Shown: positions 36,101-49,191 of the stretch, piece after piece | Layout: every line of letters begins with the position of its first letter | Numbering within the stretch: the stretch's first letter is position 1 | From: Podospora anserina | Taxonomy: Eukaryota | NCBI GenBank assembly: GCA_017654855.1 | Contig: CM030332.1 | Span: 1,054,001 to 1,118,000, forward strand | Direction of reading: 5' to 3' | DNA: 64,000 bases | Position numbers and translations under genes: made by a program | Notes under the pieces: generated by a model | Database searches by the model: none | What the model saw: only the letters and a program-made list of their open reading frames with translations | What the model was told of the DNA's origin: nothing

Positions 36101-37809
36101 CTCTGCACCCCGGAATCGCGAAATTGGAAGCGTCACCAGTCTGCTCGAGTCGTCGGAACCCCTGCCCAAAAGGAAACATGCGACCTGCGGGTTGCTCTCC
36201 ACCCTGGACCAAACCCCCCTGTCAGCAGTGGCGTCCCAAGAAGCTGAGAAAGCGGGTGCCGAGCCCGCCAAGAGATAGGCTTCTTATCTTGAATTCGGGA
36301 TCCAATCAGAGAGCGCGGGATTTCACAAGGGAAACAGTCAAAGACAACATCACCTCGAAAGCACCCAGATACACACCCCAATCGCCAACAGCAGCAGAGG
36401 GAAGCGAATGCCCGTATTGATTTCATTAATTAACGAGTCCTTCATGCAGGCCAGGCCTCCAACGAGAAATTTCTCATTGTTTGAGATGAGTTCATCTTTC
36501 TCAAAAGCGCCTTCATCAGTCTAGCCTTTCCTCTCCCCACCAGTTTCGCCAGCCTTACAAATAGAGAGAAACCAGAAACCGCCCCCCATCAGATACGACT
36601 TTTTCCGATCTCCACTACAATAGCGGAGCCAAAAACCACATGTTTGACCGCATCAAAGACGAGACGACACTCCATACCACGATCCCAGAAAGACACACCG
36701 ATCCAACAGAACCGTCCCATTCCGCCCAGCAGATGGGATGACATGTCACCGGAAGGAAGCCTCAATGCAAGCCAAGGTAAAGACCGGTCACCTAGTGTTT
36801 TAGTGTCCGTCTTTTCCAGTCTGCGGGAGATTACCGGCTGCAAGAGCCGCAAATATCAACTGTATATGCGCGCGGATATATGTGCTGATGTCACCGCAAC
36901 ACCGAGGCTATGAAGCAGCTCCGAAGTCGGGTGAGTCCCACGGATGGCAAAAACTGAGAGTTAAGGATGCGGAACGGGGTGAGGGAGATCATCCTAGGGT
37001 TTCTCTCTTGATTAACATTGATTTCCAATCCGTAGAATGCGGCCCACGACGGCGATATTGTATAGTGTATGCGCATCCTCATATAGTGAGATGGAGTGAT
37101 GGGCCCAACAGACAACCATCATCCAAGCTGCGTTGAGCCTAGACAACGGTTCTTGGACTCCACATTCAAGCGTGATCCACCCTCAGACAGAGCCTCACGA
37201 GTAGCCACACCATGGACAGGTCGAGAGCCTAGTTCAACTCTATATCTGTGGAATGAGAGGCAAATTGGAGCTGCTGTAGTATATTCCGCGGTTTTCCGTG
37301 GCAGCGGAAACAAGCTCGACGGTCATCAACCTAGACTTTGCTTCGTCCTCAATGGGAACAGATGCGGCAGCTGAAAGAGGACCAATGGGTGTGGCTTCTC
37401 ATTCCCCAGAGTCAAACTGAAAAACGTTCTACACTATTTCCTGAGATACCAAGTTCAACAGGGGCATTTATTTCATATTAAACCAATAAGCTCCAACAAC
37501 TGCATCCTACACAAGACTAAAAGCAAACAACCGCGAGAGCAGCTTTTAAAAGGCTATGTTAATTGGTTGGCGTATCATATCTATCCCTTGACAAACGGGG
37601 CCATCTGCGTTGATGTTTGCCTCAAACATACCTGTGATCGAGTCCACCAAGCCTGCACAATGTCTTGTTTTTGCTTTCAGAATTATATGCTCATCAGTTT
37701 TACAAGCATTCTGGTGACTACATTGCTTCCTACCTCTGTCTCCAGTCTCGAAGTGTTTCTTCCCATTCTCCATGACATTTACATTTTCTGGAACACTAGT
37801 TCCAACTCA

Positions 37810-38178
37810 AAAAAACCGCCAGAGTCTTTAAGCAAACAACCCGAGACATGACTTAGTCAAGATAATTGAACCAAAGACGCCCTGTCCACGCACCTGTGAG
37901 AATCCCGGTGATCGCCCGGTATAGAATCCGTCTGGTTTTGGCGTCTAGAGAAGAAGAAGAGGATACCTTCCCTAGAAAGGACAATACAGCTGTTGGAGGA
38001 GAAGCCGAGCAAAACGAGAGAGCGACAGCTGTCCGTCGCTTGCTCCCCGTCGAAGACTTTCCATCTCGATGTCAACAATGCAGTCTTGTGTGTCCATCCC
38101 GCCCTCGGACGGTGGCTATGGTAGTCCTCCCGAAAAACACAGTCGACAAGCTGACAACCACCACATCACACCACCACC

Positions 38179-38260
<82 letters not shown>

Positions 38261-38690
38261 CCTTCCTTTACCCCCTCCTCCCTCCCAACAAACACCTCCA
38301 CCACCGCCAACCTCCACGAGCGCCTCCGCCGCCTTGAATCCCACCGCCACCGTCTCCAAACCCCCCTCCTCCTCCACCAACACCCCGCAACTTCATACCC
38401 CCCCCCCCTTTCCCCTGGCTGTTCCCCAATACAAGCGAAGAACCTCATCACCCAACCACTTACTTCAACACCCCACCACCCGTTCAATCTCAACCAGCCC
38501 CCTACTCCCCTCAGGATACAACATCAACCCATCAACCTGCAACCACTGGTCCCAACACTACCCCAACCCCAACACTCACACCCCAAACCTCGACAGGCCA
38601 TGGGAGCCATTTGATGACCACGAGCTCACCACCACCGGTCACCCCACGGAGTCGGTATCACGAAAAAAAAAAAAAAAAACCGGCGTTTAG
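37810..38690 (+). pseudogene. Possible decayed bZIP-like / poly-Q transcription-factor gene
   Basis: Fragments in different frames: LNQRR (37866-37880), RLEKKKRIPSLERTIQLLEEK (37942-38004; basic region plus I/L heptads), RRRLSISMSTMQSCVSIPPSDGGYGSPPEKH, then a poly-H/poly-Q and Pro-rich tract. No intact spliced ORF joins them. Confidence 0.3.
38168..38260. repeat. Compound (CAC)n(CAA)n microsatellite
   Basis: About 8 CAC units followed by more than 20 CAA units. Confidence 0.95.
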
Positions 38691-38991
38691 CGCCGTGATG
38701 GACTGTTAGCCATGCTCCATAAAAAGCAGTCCTTCCAAAACACACCTATAGACGACCAATATATAAATAAAATCCCTATACCCCCCCTCCTTAAAAATCT
38801 CCCCATTTCTGTTGTGATCCCATCTGTCTTTCTGCCCACCTTTATCAAAGCCACAGTCAAAAAAAAAATAACCTCACAAAACACCATTCACAGCAAAACA
38901 TCAAAATATGACGGACAACCTCAAAACGAAACCAATATCTCACACTAATCACTACTTCCTGCGGGTATAATCTATGGAAAAATAACAACGC

Positions 38992-41730
38992 CTAATGATG
39001 CTCCTCCAACCCCTCATACCTCCCCTCAACATTGGCAACCGCGCTCTGCAGCGCGCTCGTCAGGTCAACATGAAACAGCGGCCGATTGATCCCATGCACC
39101 GGCGCCACCACCGTCCGCCCACTGTGCAGCTCCGGCCCCAGCGACATCCTCTTCTGGTGCAAAGAAAGAACCGCATCCTCAAACGTAACCGTCGATTTTC
39201 TCGGAACACTCTCACTCCCGCCCGTCCCAACCTTCTTAGGATCATTTGGCCCACGGTGATGATGCTGCTGCTGCTGCTGCTGCTTATTCCCAACCTCCAC
39301 ATCAGCAGCAGTCTGCCTCCTGCTCCTCGCAATCTCCTTCTCGTTCACCTCCACCTCGGCCGCCGCAGCCGCGCTGTGCGACCCCCCAATCTCCGCCACA
39401 GAAAAGATGCTCCTCCACCTCCTGTGCGGCCCGTCCGGCACAACAGTCGGGTACCCAAACCCCGCCGCCGCCAGCGCCCTCTTCGCCCACCGGTTGTTGA
39501 TGCAGGCAATGTGCCAGTCGACAATATCCGGGCTGGCATACCGGTCCAGCTGATTCCTCACGTCAATCAGCTGCTGCACCGAAGTAATGTCGACGTGGTT
39601 CACCGAGCTGAAATCCAGAATCACCGCCTTGAGCGTCGGCAAGCTCACGTCCACCACCATGATCCCCGCGTCCACCCCGGCCGCAGCCGCCGCCTTCATG
39701 TCCTTCCTTGACGGGCCGGGCTCGTTCCAAGGCCGATCGCCAGGCCGGTCGAAATGCGCCAGATTCGTCCGCCGAGTGTGCGCAAAAATGTGTTCCACCA
39801 AGTGCTCCAGGCTGTTCCCCGCGTTCGGGTAGCTGAACCCCTCGGCGAACCGGTAGATGAAGATGCCAGGATACGGATTGTCCAGCTCAATCTCGGGGTT
39901 GGACCCATCCGCGTGCGTGATAGGCAAGAAGATGTTGCGTGTCGGCGCCTCCTGTGAGCCGGTAAACGTGCCATACCCGGGTACCGGCTGCTGCCTGTCG
40001 TTGCCAATAACGCGATTTCCAAGCATGGATTGAACCTTGACACGCCCCAAGAACCGGCCGTTCGATCTCAAAATCCGAAAGAGAAGCATCGCTGCCGAGA
40101 GCAGCACCGTGGTGTAGATGCCATTCTCAATGCTCGAAAAGATGGTGACAAACACACCGACAAAAAAGATCAAGACCTCAAATGGTGATACGAGCCAGAA
40201 CTGATAGACGGTATTGGGAGGGGTGATGAGGTCGCCGACGGCATGGATAATCACCGCAGAGAGTGACGCGTTGGGAATGTAATAAAACACGGCCGGCAAG
40301 GCGTAGATGGCGAGGAGAACCACAAAGGCTGTGATGACGCCGGCAAACGGAGTCCTCACGCCGGCCTTCGACTTAATGGCAGTGCGACTGAAAGAGCCCG
40401 TTGCAGCGTACCCGCCGAGGAAGGGCCCCATCATGTTGGTGATGCCAATGGCTACCATTTCTTGAGAAGGGTTGATTCTGTAGTTGTTGACCCGACCGAA
40501 CGACTTCGAGATAGCAATGTGTTCGATGAGCAGCACCACTACAGTAGCGGGCAAGTATCCCATCAGGTTGCTGACAATAGAGGTATTGATGACCGGGACA
40601 GCCGCGTTTTGAAACCCTGGCAATACATCAGTCACCAATCTATTCCAGACTTTTGGCTGGTACATACCTCTAGGAACGTCAAACAAAATTTTGAATCTGG
40701 CTGTACCCCTCGGCAAGCTCCTGTTGACCAGGTAGCTGATCAGAGTGTAGAGAACAATGACGAACACCACCCTCAACGTCGAAATGAAGAAGGCGAGCTT
40801 CTGATGTTTCGGGTAGTGTGTCCCAATCCACATGCAGACTCCCCTGATAAGGTAAAGCATAGCAAGTGCTGACAACCCCATGGCGGCATCCATACTCGCT
40901 GTGTTCAGGTGTTTGAGTATGTTGACGAACACAAGATACGTCGGATCGCGAGTTGAAAAGCCGCTGAGGCCCATCAGCGATGGAACTTGCCCGACAGCAA
41001 TGCAGATGGCTGAGCCGGTCATGAATGCCGAGAGAGAGGTAAGCGAGATGATATCGACAATCCATCCGCAGCGGATGAGCCCGATGGACACCACAACGGC
41101 ACCGGCCAAGAGTGCAAGAGCAGATGCAATGACATGGCCTGGAACGTCAGGAAGGACAGCAGCCATATCAGTCACGACAGCGCCGGTAAGTTGAGACATG
41201 ACAGCAACAGGCTGTCAGAGTGTCAGTAATCTGGCACCAAGACGAGCTTTGGATGCACTTACACCGATGGTGATGTCCTTGGAGGTTGCGAAGAACCAGT
41301 AAACAAGAACACCCATAAAGCTCGAATACAGACCAAACTGAACATCCAGGTTGGCCAGTCTGGCATAAGCCATACCTTGAGGTACGACAACAGCGCCGAT
41401 GGTGATGCCTGTTCTCTGGTTAGTAACAGGGTTCAATAAGCCGGCATTGAGTTCCTTACCAGCAACCAGATCTCCAGCGAGCCATTGAAGGTTGTAGTAT
41501 CCGATCCAGGAGAGAAACGGAAACAGAGACACCAGATATCGCCATACTTGCGGGCCAGAGGGTACTAATTTCAAAAAAAAGTCATCCACCCTCGGTGACT
41601 CCTCCACAAATGTCTGGTCTGTGTTGAAATGGGCTGTTTCTCTTGGGTCATTGACATGGTGATATGGGTCTTTCGGTTGTAGCTGGATTCCCAGCAGCCG
41701 GGCCACCTTGTGGCCAACTCCAGATGTCAT
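38992..41730 (-). CDS. SulP/SLC26 sulfate permease with C-terminal STAS domain; 4 exons
   Basis: ATG 41730; introns 41409-41459, 41212-41262 and 40617-40667. Motifs: GDLVAGITIGAVVVPQGMAYA, FGLYSSF, ITIGPVAVMS, EHIAISKSFGR, ATGSFSRTAIKSKAGVRTP and STAS ILDFSSVNHVD. Resembles the Neurospora cys-13/cys-14 class. Confidence 0.95.
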
Positions 41731-42322
41731 GGCTAGTTTCTGAGGATATGACCACACTGAGAAGAGTCGATGTTGAGTTCTTGAAATGCTGTCACACCAT
41801 GGGCTGGTAAGGAAGAGATCAGATGTTTGAAACAGATACACCGCCTCGGATCTTTTCAATCTTTTTAGATGCTGTAAATGATGCAATTCGAGGGCGTATC
41901 GACCTGAATATGCACCGGATTGCCGAGAAGTCGTCGTCTAAGCTGCGGGATGGGCCAGGATATGCATACCATACCGTAGGTGTAAGGATTATAGGTGATG
42001 CGAGGTTTGGCGGAGATGCTGATTAGGAGATGCTGCAAGATGGAGTGTGCCCCAAATCGTGTAGATGGGCGGCGTGAGTGTTTATCATTAGGTAACAGGT
42101 CCGCTCGAGTGCCGGGTTCTACTTTCCTAGCAAAGGCGACGGGAGGAAAGAATGAGACATCAGGAGACCAGCTCCAGGTCCCAACAACCTGGAAAAGCAA
42201 CAAGGAAGGCTCGATACATATCCTAGAGAGGCAGGGAGATGTTGGACTGTTGACGTCGGGCCCGACAGGCAGTGAAGAGGCGGCGGGGGGTCGGGTGCGG
42301 TGGGCAGGTGGGCATCAAGTGG

Positions 42323-42332
42323 ATGGCGCAAT
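42323..42332. promoter_or_regulatory. Candidate CYS3/MetR (sulfur bZIP) binding site
   Basis: ATGGCGCAAT, one mismatch from the ATGRYRYCAT consensus, about 590 bp upstream of the sulfate permease ATG. Confidence 0.45.
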
Positions 42333-44821
42333 CGATGCCCTTGCCTATCACAGCTAACAAATTACCACTGGCACCGCTGGGTCCAAAGTCTGAGTCCGCG
42401 AGTTGGTGGGATTGGGAAAGGCAAGAAGTGATAGCCAAGGTCTTTGCCGGCCGGGTTGAATGGTGACGATCAACAGATTCAAACCTTTCTAACCCAGCCA
42501 GGACATATCCTCAGTTGCAGTTTCAAACCTCATTGTCAAGCTTCCATTACAGGAGACCGCTAGGCCAATCGATTCGACACCAAAAGCACAGTCATCACTG
42601 AATGTGACACCGGCTCAAGGCTGAAGACCCATGTGAGTAAGATATTCGAGAGCAGTGAGGGCTCACTTGAGCACCAATGTCAGCCGGCCGAGAACACGAG
42701 ACACCCATCGTCGCTGTCTCAGTAAACACCGCAATGTAGGCGTTAGCGGTTGCAAATGCCATGTTTCCAGCATAAATCCAGTGGGTAAACCCCACGTCCC
42801 CCAGCCTATCAAGCTGGATGTGTGGCTGACCTCGAGAGAGTCACCGTGTCTCGTGGAAGATATGTATGGGGGTTGTCTTGATGATGCAATGAGCACCGAA
42901 GTTGAGGTGCTTTGCCAAGGGCCAGTCCAAACCACCCAAACCCCGCGGCGGGCTGCTGAGTCATCCAGCATCACCAGAGACGAGAGTAGAGGATGTTGTT
43001 CTTCCTCTGATATACTTGCAATGTCGATGGGAGCCTTCTGGCGTTTTGGGAGCTTCAACTCCGATATCCTCCATGGCTTGGCAGTGATGATGTGAAGCTG
43101 TATGGTCTGGATTTGGTTCTGGCTGTTGATGGCAGGCAATCGTGCATGATGACCTGCAGATTTTGGCCCTCGTCTTGGCAACGTTGCTCTGGGACAAGAC
43201 ATCAGCTGTCTTATCTAATCGCCCACAGTTGTGATTGTTTCCTTTTCCACCTGAGAGCAACATGCTGTTATCAGGCTAGTGCCATACCACAGTGGATAAT
43301 GGGCATGAGCTGTGGTTTTGCCCTAGGGGATTCATATTTGCAGGGTGAGATGAACAAAGGTTTGAGTGATGCGGCGGAGTGCATCAGATACTGTATATAC
43401 TGCCAGCTTGGTATCTAAACCTCTTACAGCTGTCTCCATCTTGAACGAGGGCACGGAGCATTACCATCTAAGTGGTAGAAAGTGGCTCCGGGTGATCATC
43501 TTGGCAACCGTCAGCCGCTCCGGGCCGCAGCCGAACATCCACTCCGGGGCCGGCGTCAGCTGGGGGGATGCTCCCCTGGCGAGACGGCCGTAACTTTTGG
43601 TCAGGCCGGCATCCTCCGTGAATTGTCTTCGGCCTCGACTCTCAGATCGGCAGGGCGGGGCCCGACTCAGTGACCAATCCCGTCTCGACGGCGATCCATT
43701 TAGGGAAACTGAAACCGTGACCAGGAAGTTGCCAGAGAAAACAGCTTGATCGTCAAAAGTTGGTTCTTCTGGAAGGAAGGGACAGGGGGTTTCGGTCCAC
43801 GTGCATGGCGACCTCCTCGATGGGAAAGTGGTTGCCGAAATTGCAGACCCGAAAGAAGCAGCTCTGCAAAGGTTTCCGTTGTTCTAGGGCCGCCGTTGCC
43901 GGGGAGAAGGTCCGGTTCACGAAAATGGTTGTCTGGGCAAATTAAGTCCAATTACGCTAACTATTTGGATATCGTCGGTACCTTCGGTCGATCTTCGCGG
44001 AACCATTGCGTAAAACTGAGTTGTGAAGAGCTTTTCCGTCAAGAAGACGAGAAAATTTTATTCCTATTTTCAGGTGCTAATTGGACAGACAAGAGGATCT
44101 CGATATCTTGGTATTCGAAACAGAGGCTGGTTGTCACAGGTTTTTGCAACCTGGTGGAAACTGCACCGGGGACCAGGGCTTCGAGGCCGGTAAGTGGAGA
44201 ATGCAACCCGAGGTTGGGGAACCGAGGAAGTTCGTCGTCCCAGCCACGCGTCAAGGATGGGAAACCGTTCTGCCAAGAGGTCAAGGGTGGCCTGCTAGAC
44301 GGTCACTCGTGAGCAATCGATCATTCATCCATGAGCAGATCCAGAAAGCCATCCATCATCAAAGCCTTGTTGAGTAGCCTGATGAGAACTTCAACGAGAA
44401 GTCAATATACAGAAAGGTGAATGATTGAATCAAGCTGGACAATGGATAATGTATGTAGCTTACATAGAACGCGTCTAAATCGGTACACGTGACGTGGGAC
44501 GCGAAATGAACACGCCGAAGCAAGGGGCGTTTGGAAGCACGGGCTTCTGTGCAGACCAACCTCCGACTTCCAGGAATGTTCCCCGCCCTCCAGTCTTGAT
44601 TTGATGCAGGTGTCCCAGAAACCAACCACAACGGCGCCCGATCAAGTTGCGGTCCAGTTTTTGTTGTTGTCGGCGTTACCAGCTCTGCGCCTTGTGGTTC
44701 TTCAACAACGTTAACCACCTGTAAGCCTTCAATTCACATTGCAATGACTCTTCGCGACCTGAAGGCAAACCCCACGGAGGGGTTGCCGAGTTCTACCAAA
44801 GAAACCCGGACCCTGTCGCCG

Positions 44822-46378
44822 ATGGCGAGTCTCCAAGCACCAGTGCAGCTCCACTCGCCTCCATCCCCCGGTTCACACAGGACCTTGAGGAGATTGCAAT
44901 CGGCTCATAGCTTGGGTGCAAAAGTCGCCGGCCAGGGTTCTCTGATTACCCAGCAGAGGCTGCAACAGCAGCAGCAGCAGCAGCAGCAGCATATTCAACA
45001 CCATCCTCCCACCCAGCAGCAGCATGCTCGAATCCTGAACCCCCCCCCTATCCCTCCTCGCAGACATGTAAACACCACCAACCGGTCGCCACAACGAGGA
45101 CGCGCCAACAGCGACGCACCCATTACAGTTCCTTCCCCCCACACATTCGGAGCAGCCATGACAGCCACGCGACGTTCCGCTTTGAATAAGCGGTCCCCCG
45201 CCGCCGATGCCATGTCTCTCGACAAACTCTTGCGAGAAGGGCCTCCAAACGGAGATATCGAGGGTGCTTTGGAGAGCAGCCGGCTGAAGATTCTTGATCA
45301 GGGCATCAAGGCAGACAGCGACGGCATGGTAAGCCATCTACATGCTGACCATAGCATAATACCAGTACACTAACCTTGAACCATAGTCCTCTCTACGCAT
45401 CTACGTATGGCTGATTTTGCTCAATGCGCCTGTTCTCGAGACCGATTCATACCTTGCACTTATCCATCGTGGCGCGTCACCCGCATACTCAAAAATTCGT
45501 AATGATACCTTCCGCACTCTCACAACTGATCCTCTTTTCCGACGGCGTGTGAGCGAGGCGAGCCTGATCCGCCTACTCAACGCCATTGCCTGGAAACTCC
45601 ATGATGCCCGCGCAGAACGCACTCGGGAGCCCAGCATATGCAGCAGTTCCCGCCAGTCTCTTGACCAACCCAACAGTCGGCCGGGAACGGGCTATGGGAG
45701 CGGCTATGATTCCAACCCAACCTCGCCCATGTCGAAACATCGAGCCCGTGCTCTGACGCTTACAACGGAGGGTTCTGAGGCAAGCATGCCTCTTGATCCA
45801 GGAACTTACGTCCAGGGAATGAATGTTCTGGCAGCACCCTTCTTGTACGCCGCTCGCAGTGAGGCCGAGGCTTTCATTGCTTTCCACCAGCTTCTGACCA
45901 AGGAGCTGCCCGGCTACATTCGTGGTGCTATGGATGGTGTGCACAAAGGGCTGGCATTGGTCGACAAAGTGCTCTCCATTGTAGACCCCAAGCTCAGCCT
46001 GTATTTGCTCTCGAAAAACCTGACGGCTGAAATATACGCCTTTCCCTCTGTTTTGACGCTCTGCGCCTGCACCCCCCCGCTCCCCGAAGTCCTTCGTCTC
46101 TGGGACTTTCTTTTTGCATATGGGCCTCACCTCAACATCCTTTGTATCGTTGCACAGTTGGTAATGATCCGAACCAAAATTATGGAATCTCCAAGGTATG
46201 AGACTTTTGCCACCGTGTTTACCGCATGCATTCAACGCTAACCGAACCAACCAGCCCAAATAAGCTTTTGAGGTCCTTCCCAGCTCTTCAAGCTGACCAG
46301 ATCAAACGTACAACCCTCGCCATCATCAAGATGATTCCCGATGATGTCTACTCCGATATCATTGCCCATGCCCGATAA
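44822..46378 (+). CDS. BUB2: Bub2/Cdc16 TBC-domain GTPase-activating protein (septation initiation / mitotic exit network); 3 exons
   Basis: ATG 44822 (an upstream in-frame ATG at 44744 is also possible); introns 45329-45386 and 46196-46254. TBC motifs LRIYVWLIL, KIRNDTFRT (Arg finger), YVQGMNVLAAPF (Gln finger) and AEIYAFPSVLTLCACTPPLPEVLRLWDFLFAYGPHLNIL. Poly-Q stretch in the N-terminus. Confidence 0.95.
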
Positions 46379-47582
46379 TTTGAGTCGAGGAGGGTTGTTG
46401 AGTCATTGGTTCTGAACAGGCCGATGGTTTCAAAATCACCGCTTTCAGCACACGTTGCATTGGAGACAGATTCAGGCACAGGTCGCCAGAAGCTCGTCAA
46501 CAAGTATGCTGTCAGACCATAGCTCGAAGTCCTCAGCCATGCTGAGTGAGCGCTGGACCGCCTTTCACAACGATGCCAAGACGGGCCTTCCCAAGTCGAC
46601 GGCTTGAGTGTCATGCAACAATTTAGCCGCATGAATATTCATGGGGACTCTGTTCAAGTCGCTGGCCGATGGGAAGCAAGAGGGGAGGACGAGAATGACG
46701 CGACTATGTGGAAGAAAACCGACAACACAATGGCTGACAAGGATTGCGCCGACCAACGACGCCCCGATGTTATAAGCCGAGTGTCTATAAGCCACACCTA
46801 CAAAGCTCGCCCGGAAGGGAAGGGATATGCGGCTACATGGGCGGCCTTGTACTAATTCACCATACCTTGGTGCCCTCGGCAACGGCGCTGCGAGGCATGA
46901 CGGACCACAACATTGTGTACTGCACACACCACGCTACCCACACCACGCTACCCACTACAGACAATTGGTGGAGATAAGGCGAGTAACCGGCAAGGTTGGA
47001 ATAACATGTGAGAAGTATACATTAGAAGCGGTATGTACGAGCAGATCTTTTTGGACAGACAAAACAAAACCTATTTTTGGGGACACGAAAAGGGATGTTG
47101 GAGGAATATATAGAGATCGAGAGGGGAGATGAATGTTTCGATTGGCAGAACTTTGGTTTTTATAGGAACATTGGCCGTATATTCATAGAAGGTTTGGGGG
47201 GGAGGGGGGGAGGGGGTGGAGGGATGGCCAGCAAGGACTGCCTTTGTGTTGTTATTATATACATTGCTAGAGTACGAAGAAGGAACAGCAGTCAGTATAT
47301 GCTGTATTATTATCTACGCATTTTACTTGAAGCTTGGTGCCAAAGCTCAACGTGTGTGTATCTGCTGTCGTGAACCAAGATCCGCTGTTTATGCAACACA
47401 GCCACGAGCACTACATGTGTTGTAATCAGTCTGTACCCTTCTCTCTCTGTTACCATCGCCTCTCTTGCATTTGCTTGCCGACGTCCCCGGACATGGCTGC
47501 CACGACAGCTTGCCTTGCACACCTCGTGGCACACGATCTAAACAGGGTTTAGAAGTTGTCCACGAGGTTGTCTGTACACACG

Positions 47583-47671
47583 ACCACAACCACAACCACA
47601 CCACAACCACAACCACAACCACACCACAACCACAACCACAACCACACCACAACCACAACCACAACCACAAC
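47583..47671. repeat. (CCACAA)n hexanucleotide microsatellite with CCACA interruptions
   Basis: Direct reading of the tandem units. Confidence 0.9.
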
Positions 47672-48629
47672 AGATGTTATCTTCTTTGTTTTGTGTGGCA
47701 CGCACTGGAGTGATCACGATGACTTTAGATGGGTTCTACGAGCACACACAACAAAACTCAAAACGTTCCACAAAACTCTGATATCATAAACACATAACAA
47801 CTCTGATATCGTGGTGTTTATGTACTTTATCTATTAACTACCTAGCTACTACCTTCTTTTTCCCAGACCAACACGCTTTTTTGTGTACAAAAGCTCTGAT
47901 CTATATATGCACATGCCATGCCATGTTATGTACTCATGTATATACGTACGTACTTTCTTCTCCCCCTCACTTCATGCAGTATACTTCACCACGTCATGTC
48001 CGCCTTCCGCCCCTTTTTGATACCTAGCCTGTCCTCATCCTCATCACCCCCTTCCTTCCTTCCTTCCTTCCTTCCCCCCAAAGAGCTCTCCCCATTACCC
48101 ATCATCTGCTGTCTTAAAAACCAAAAATTGCCTTTTTAACGCCCAAGTCCCAAATGCAAATATGCAATACCACAAATAAATAAAAATAACCTTTCCCACT
48201 AACCAACTTACCCCAGATGGAACCACCCAAAAAAAAGCTTAAATCCAATATCGTCGGACACCACCACCGCGGCCGAGCAAAAAGAAAAATAGTCGGATAG
48301 TTCCTCAAACACCACACAACAACCAACACCAACAAGTCCAGCAGACCTCTGGAATTTATCTTGGCTGGTCGCCAAGAAAAACCCACACCCACCTCCCTGG
48401 CATCGTCGCCCTCCCCTATCCGCTATCCCTTGTTTCGACAGCAAAAGCTAAGCCAGTGTCTCGGAAAGTATCAAACCGTAGCGTGTCGCTCTGATCACCC
48501 TTCAGCACAGGATAAACTTAAAATATCACTCCCGCCAATTCCTCCATCAGCCTGGTTTTCTCTAGCCCACCCAATCGACAACAACGGAACCCAACAACAA
48601 TAACACCAATCCTGTTATATACAGTCAGT

Positions 48630-49191
48630 ATGCGCCTCCCCTGCATCTTGACCCTTGGCAGCGCCAGCGTTGTTCTAGCAGAAGATCAACCCCGAAACCA
48701 AAAACCGCTATCCCCCCACCCGGGAACAGTGACGACACCCCCCCAAAAATTCATGTCCTGCTCAAAAACCTACGGCCCCGACTGGGAAACCTGCGGCGAC
48801 GAAGCCACAAGCCGCTTCTGCTACAGCCCCGCCCAAGGACAGTCATGCTGCGCTGTCGACAACGGCTACTGCGAAAAGGGCACCTGGTGCGCCCCCGTGG
48901 CTGGGTATTGCTGTTTGGATGTATGTGACAACCACCACCCACGCAGAGAAAAGGTGCTGAACAATTTCCCCCCAGGGCGAAAATCTCGAAAGCTGTGCGC
49001 AGAGTGCCGGGTTTGAGCTGCCCGGGTCGGAGAGTAGTTATCTACCGTCGTTGAAGAGAAGTGTAAGCCTGCTTGAGGACAGGGAGGTTGTTGTCGGAGA
49101 GGTCAAAGTATCCGTGGCAGCGAAGAAAAAGACCTTGGTTGGGTTGGGGTTGGGAATGGGCGTGGTTGGGTTGTTGATGCTTTCTTGCTGA
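48630..49191 (+). CDS. Small secreted cysteine-rich protein, probably GPI-anchored or C-terminally membrane-anchored; 2 exons
   Basis: Signal peptide MRLPCILTLGSASVVLA. Cys-rich core SCSKTYGPDWETCG..FCYSPAQGQSCCAVDNGYCEKGTWCAPVAGYCC. Intron 48921-48975 (GTATGT..CAG). Exon 2 reads GENLESCAQSAGFELP... and ends in hydrophobic LVGLGLGMGVVGLLMLSC*. Confidence 0.85.
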
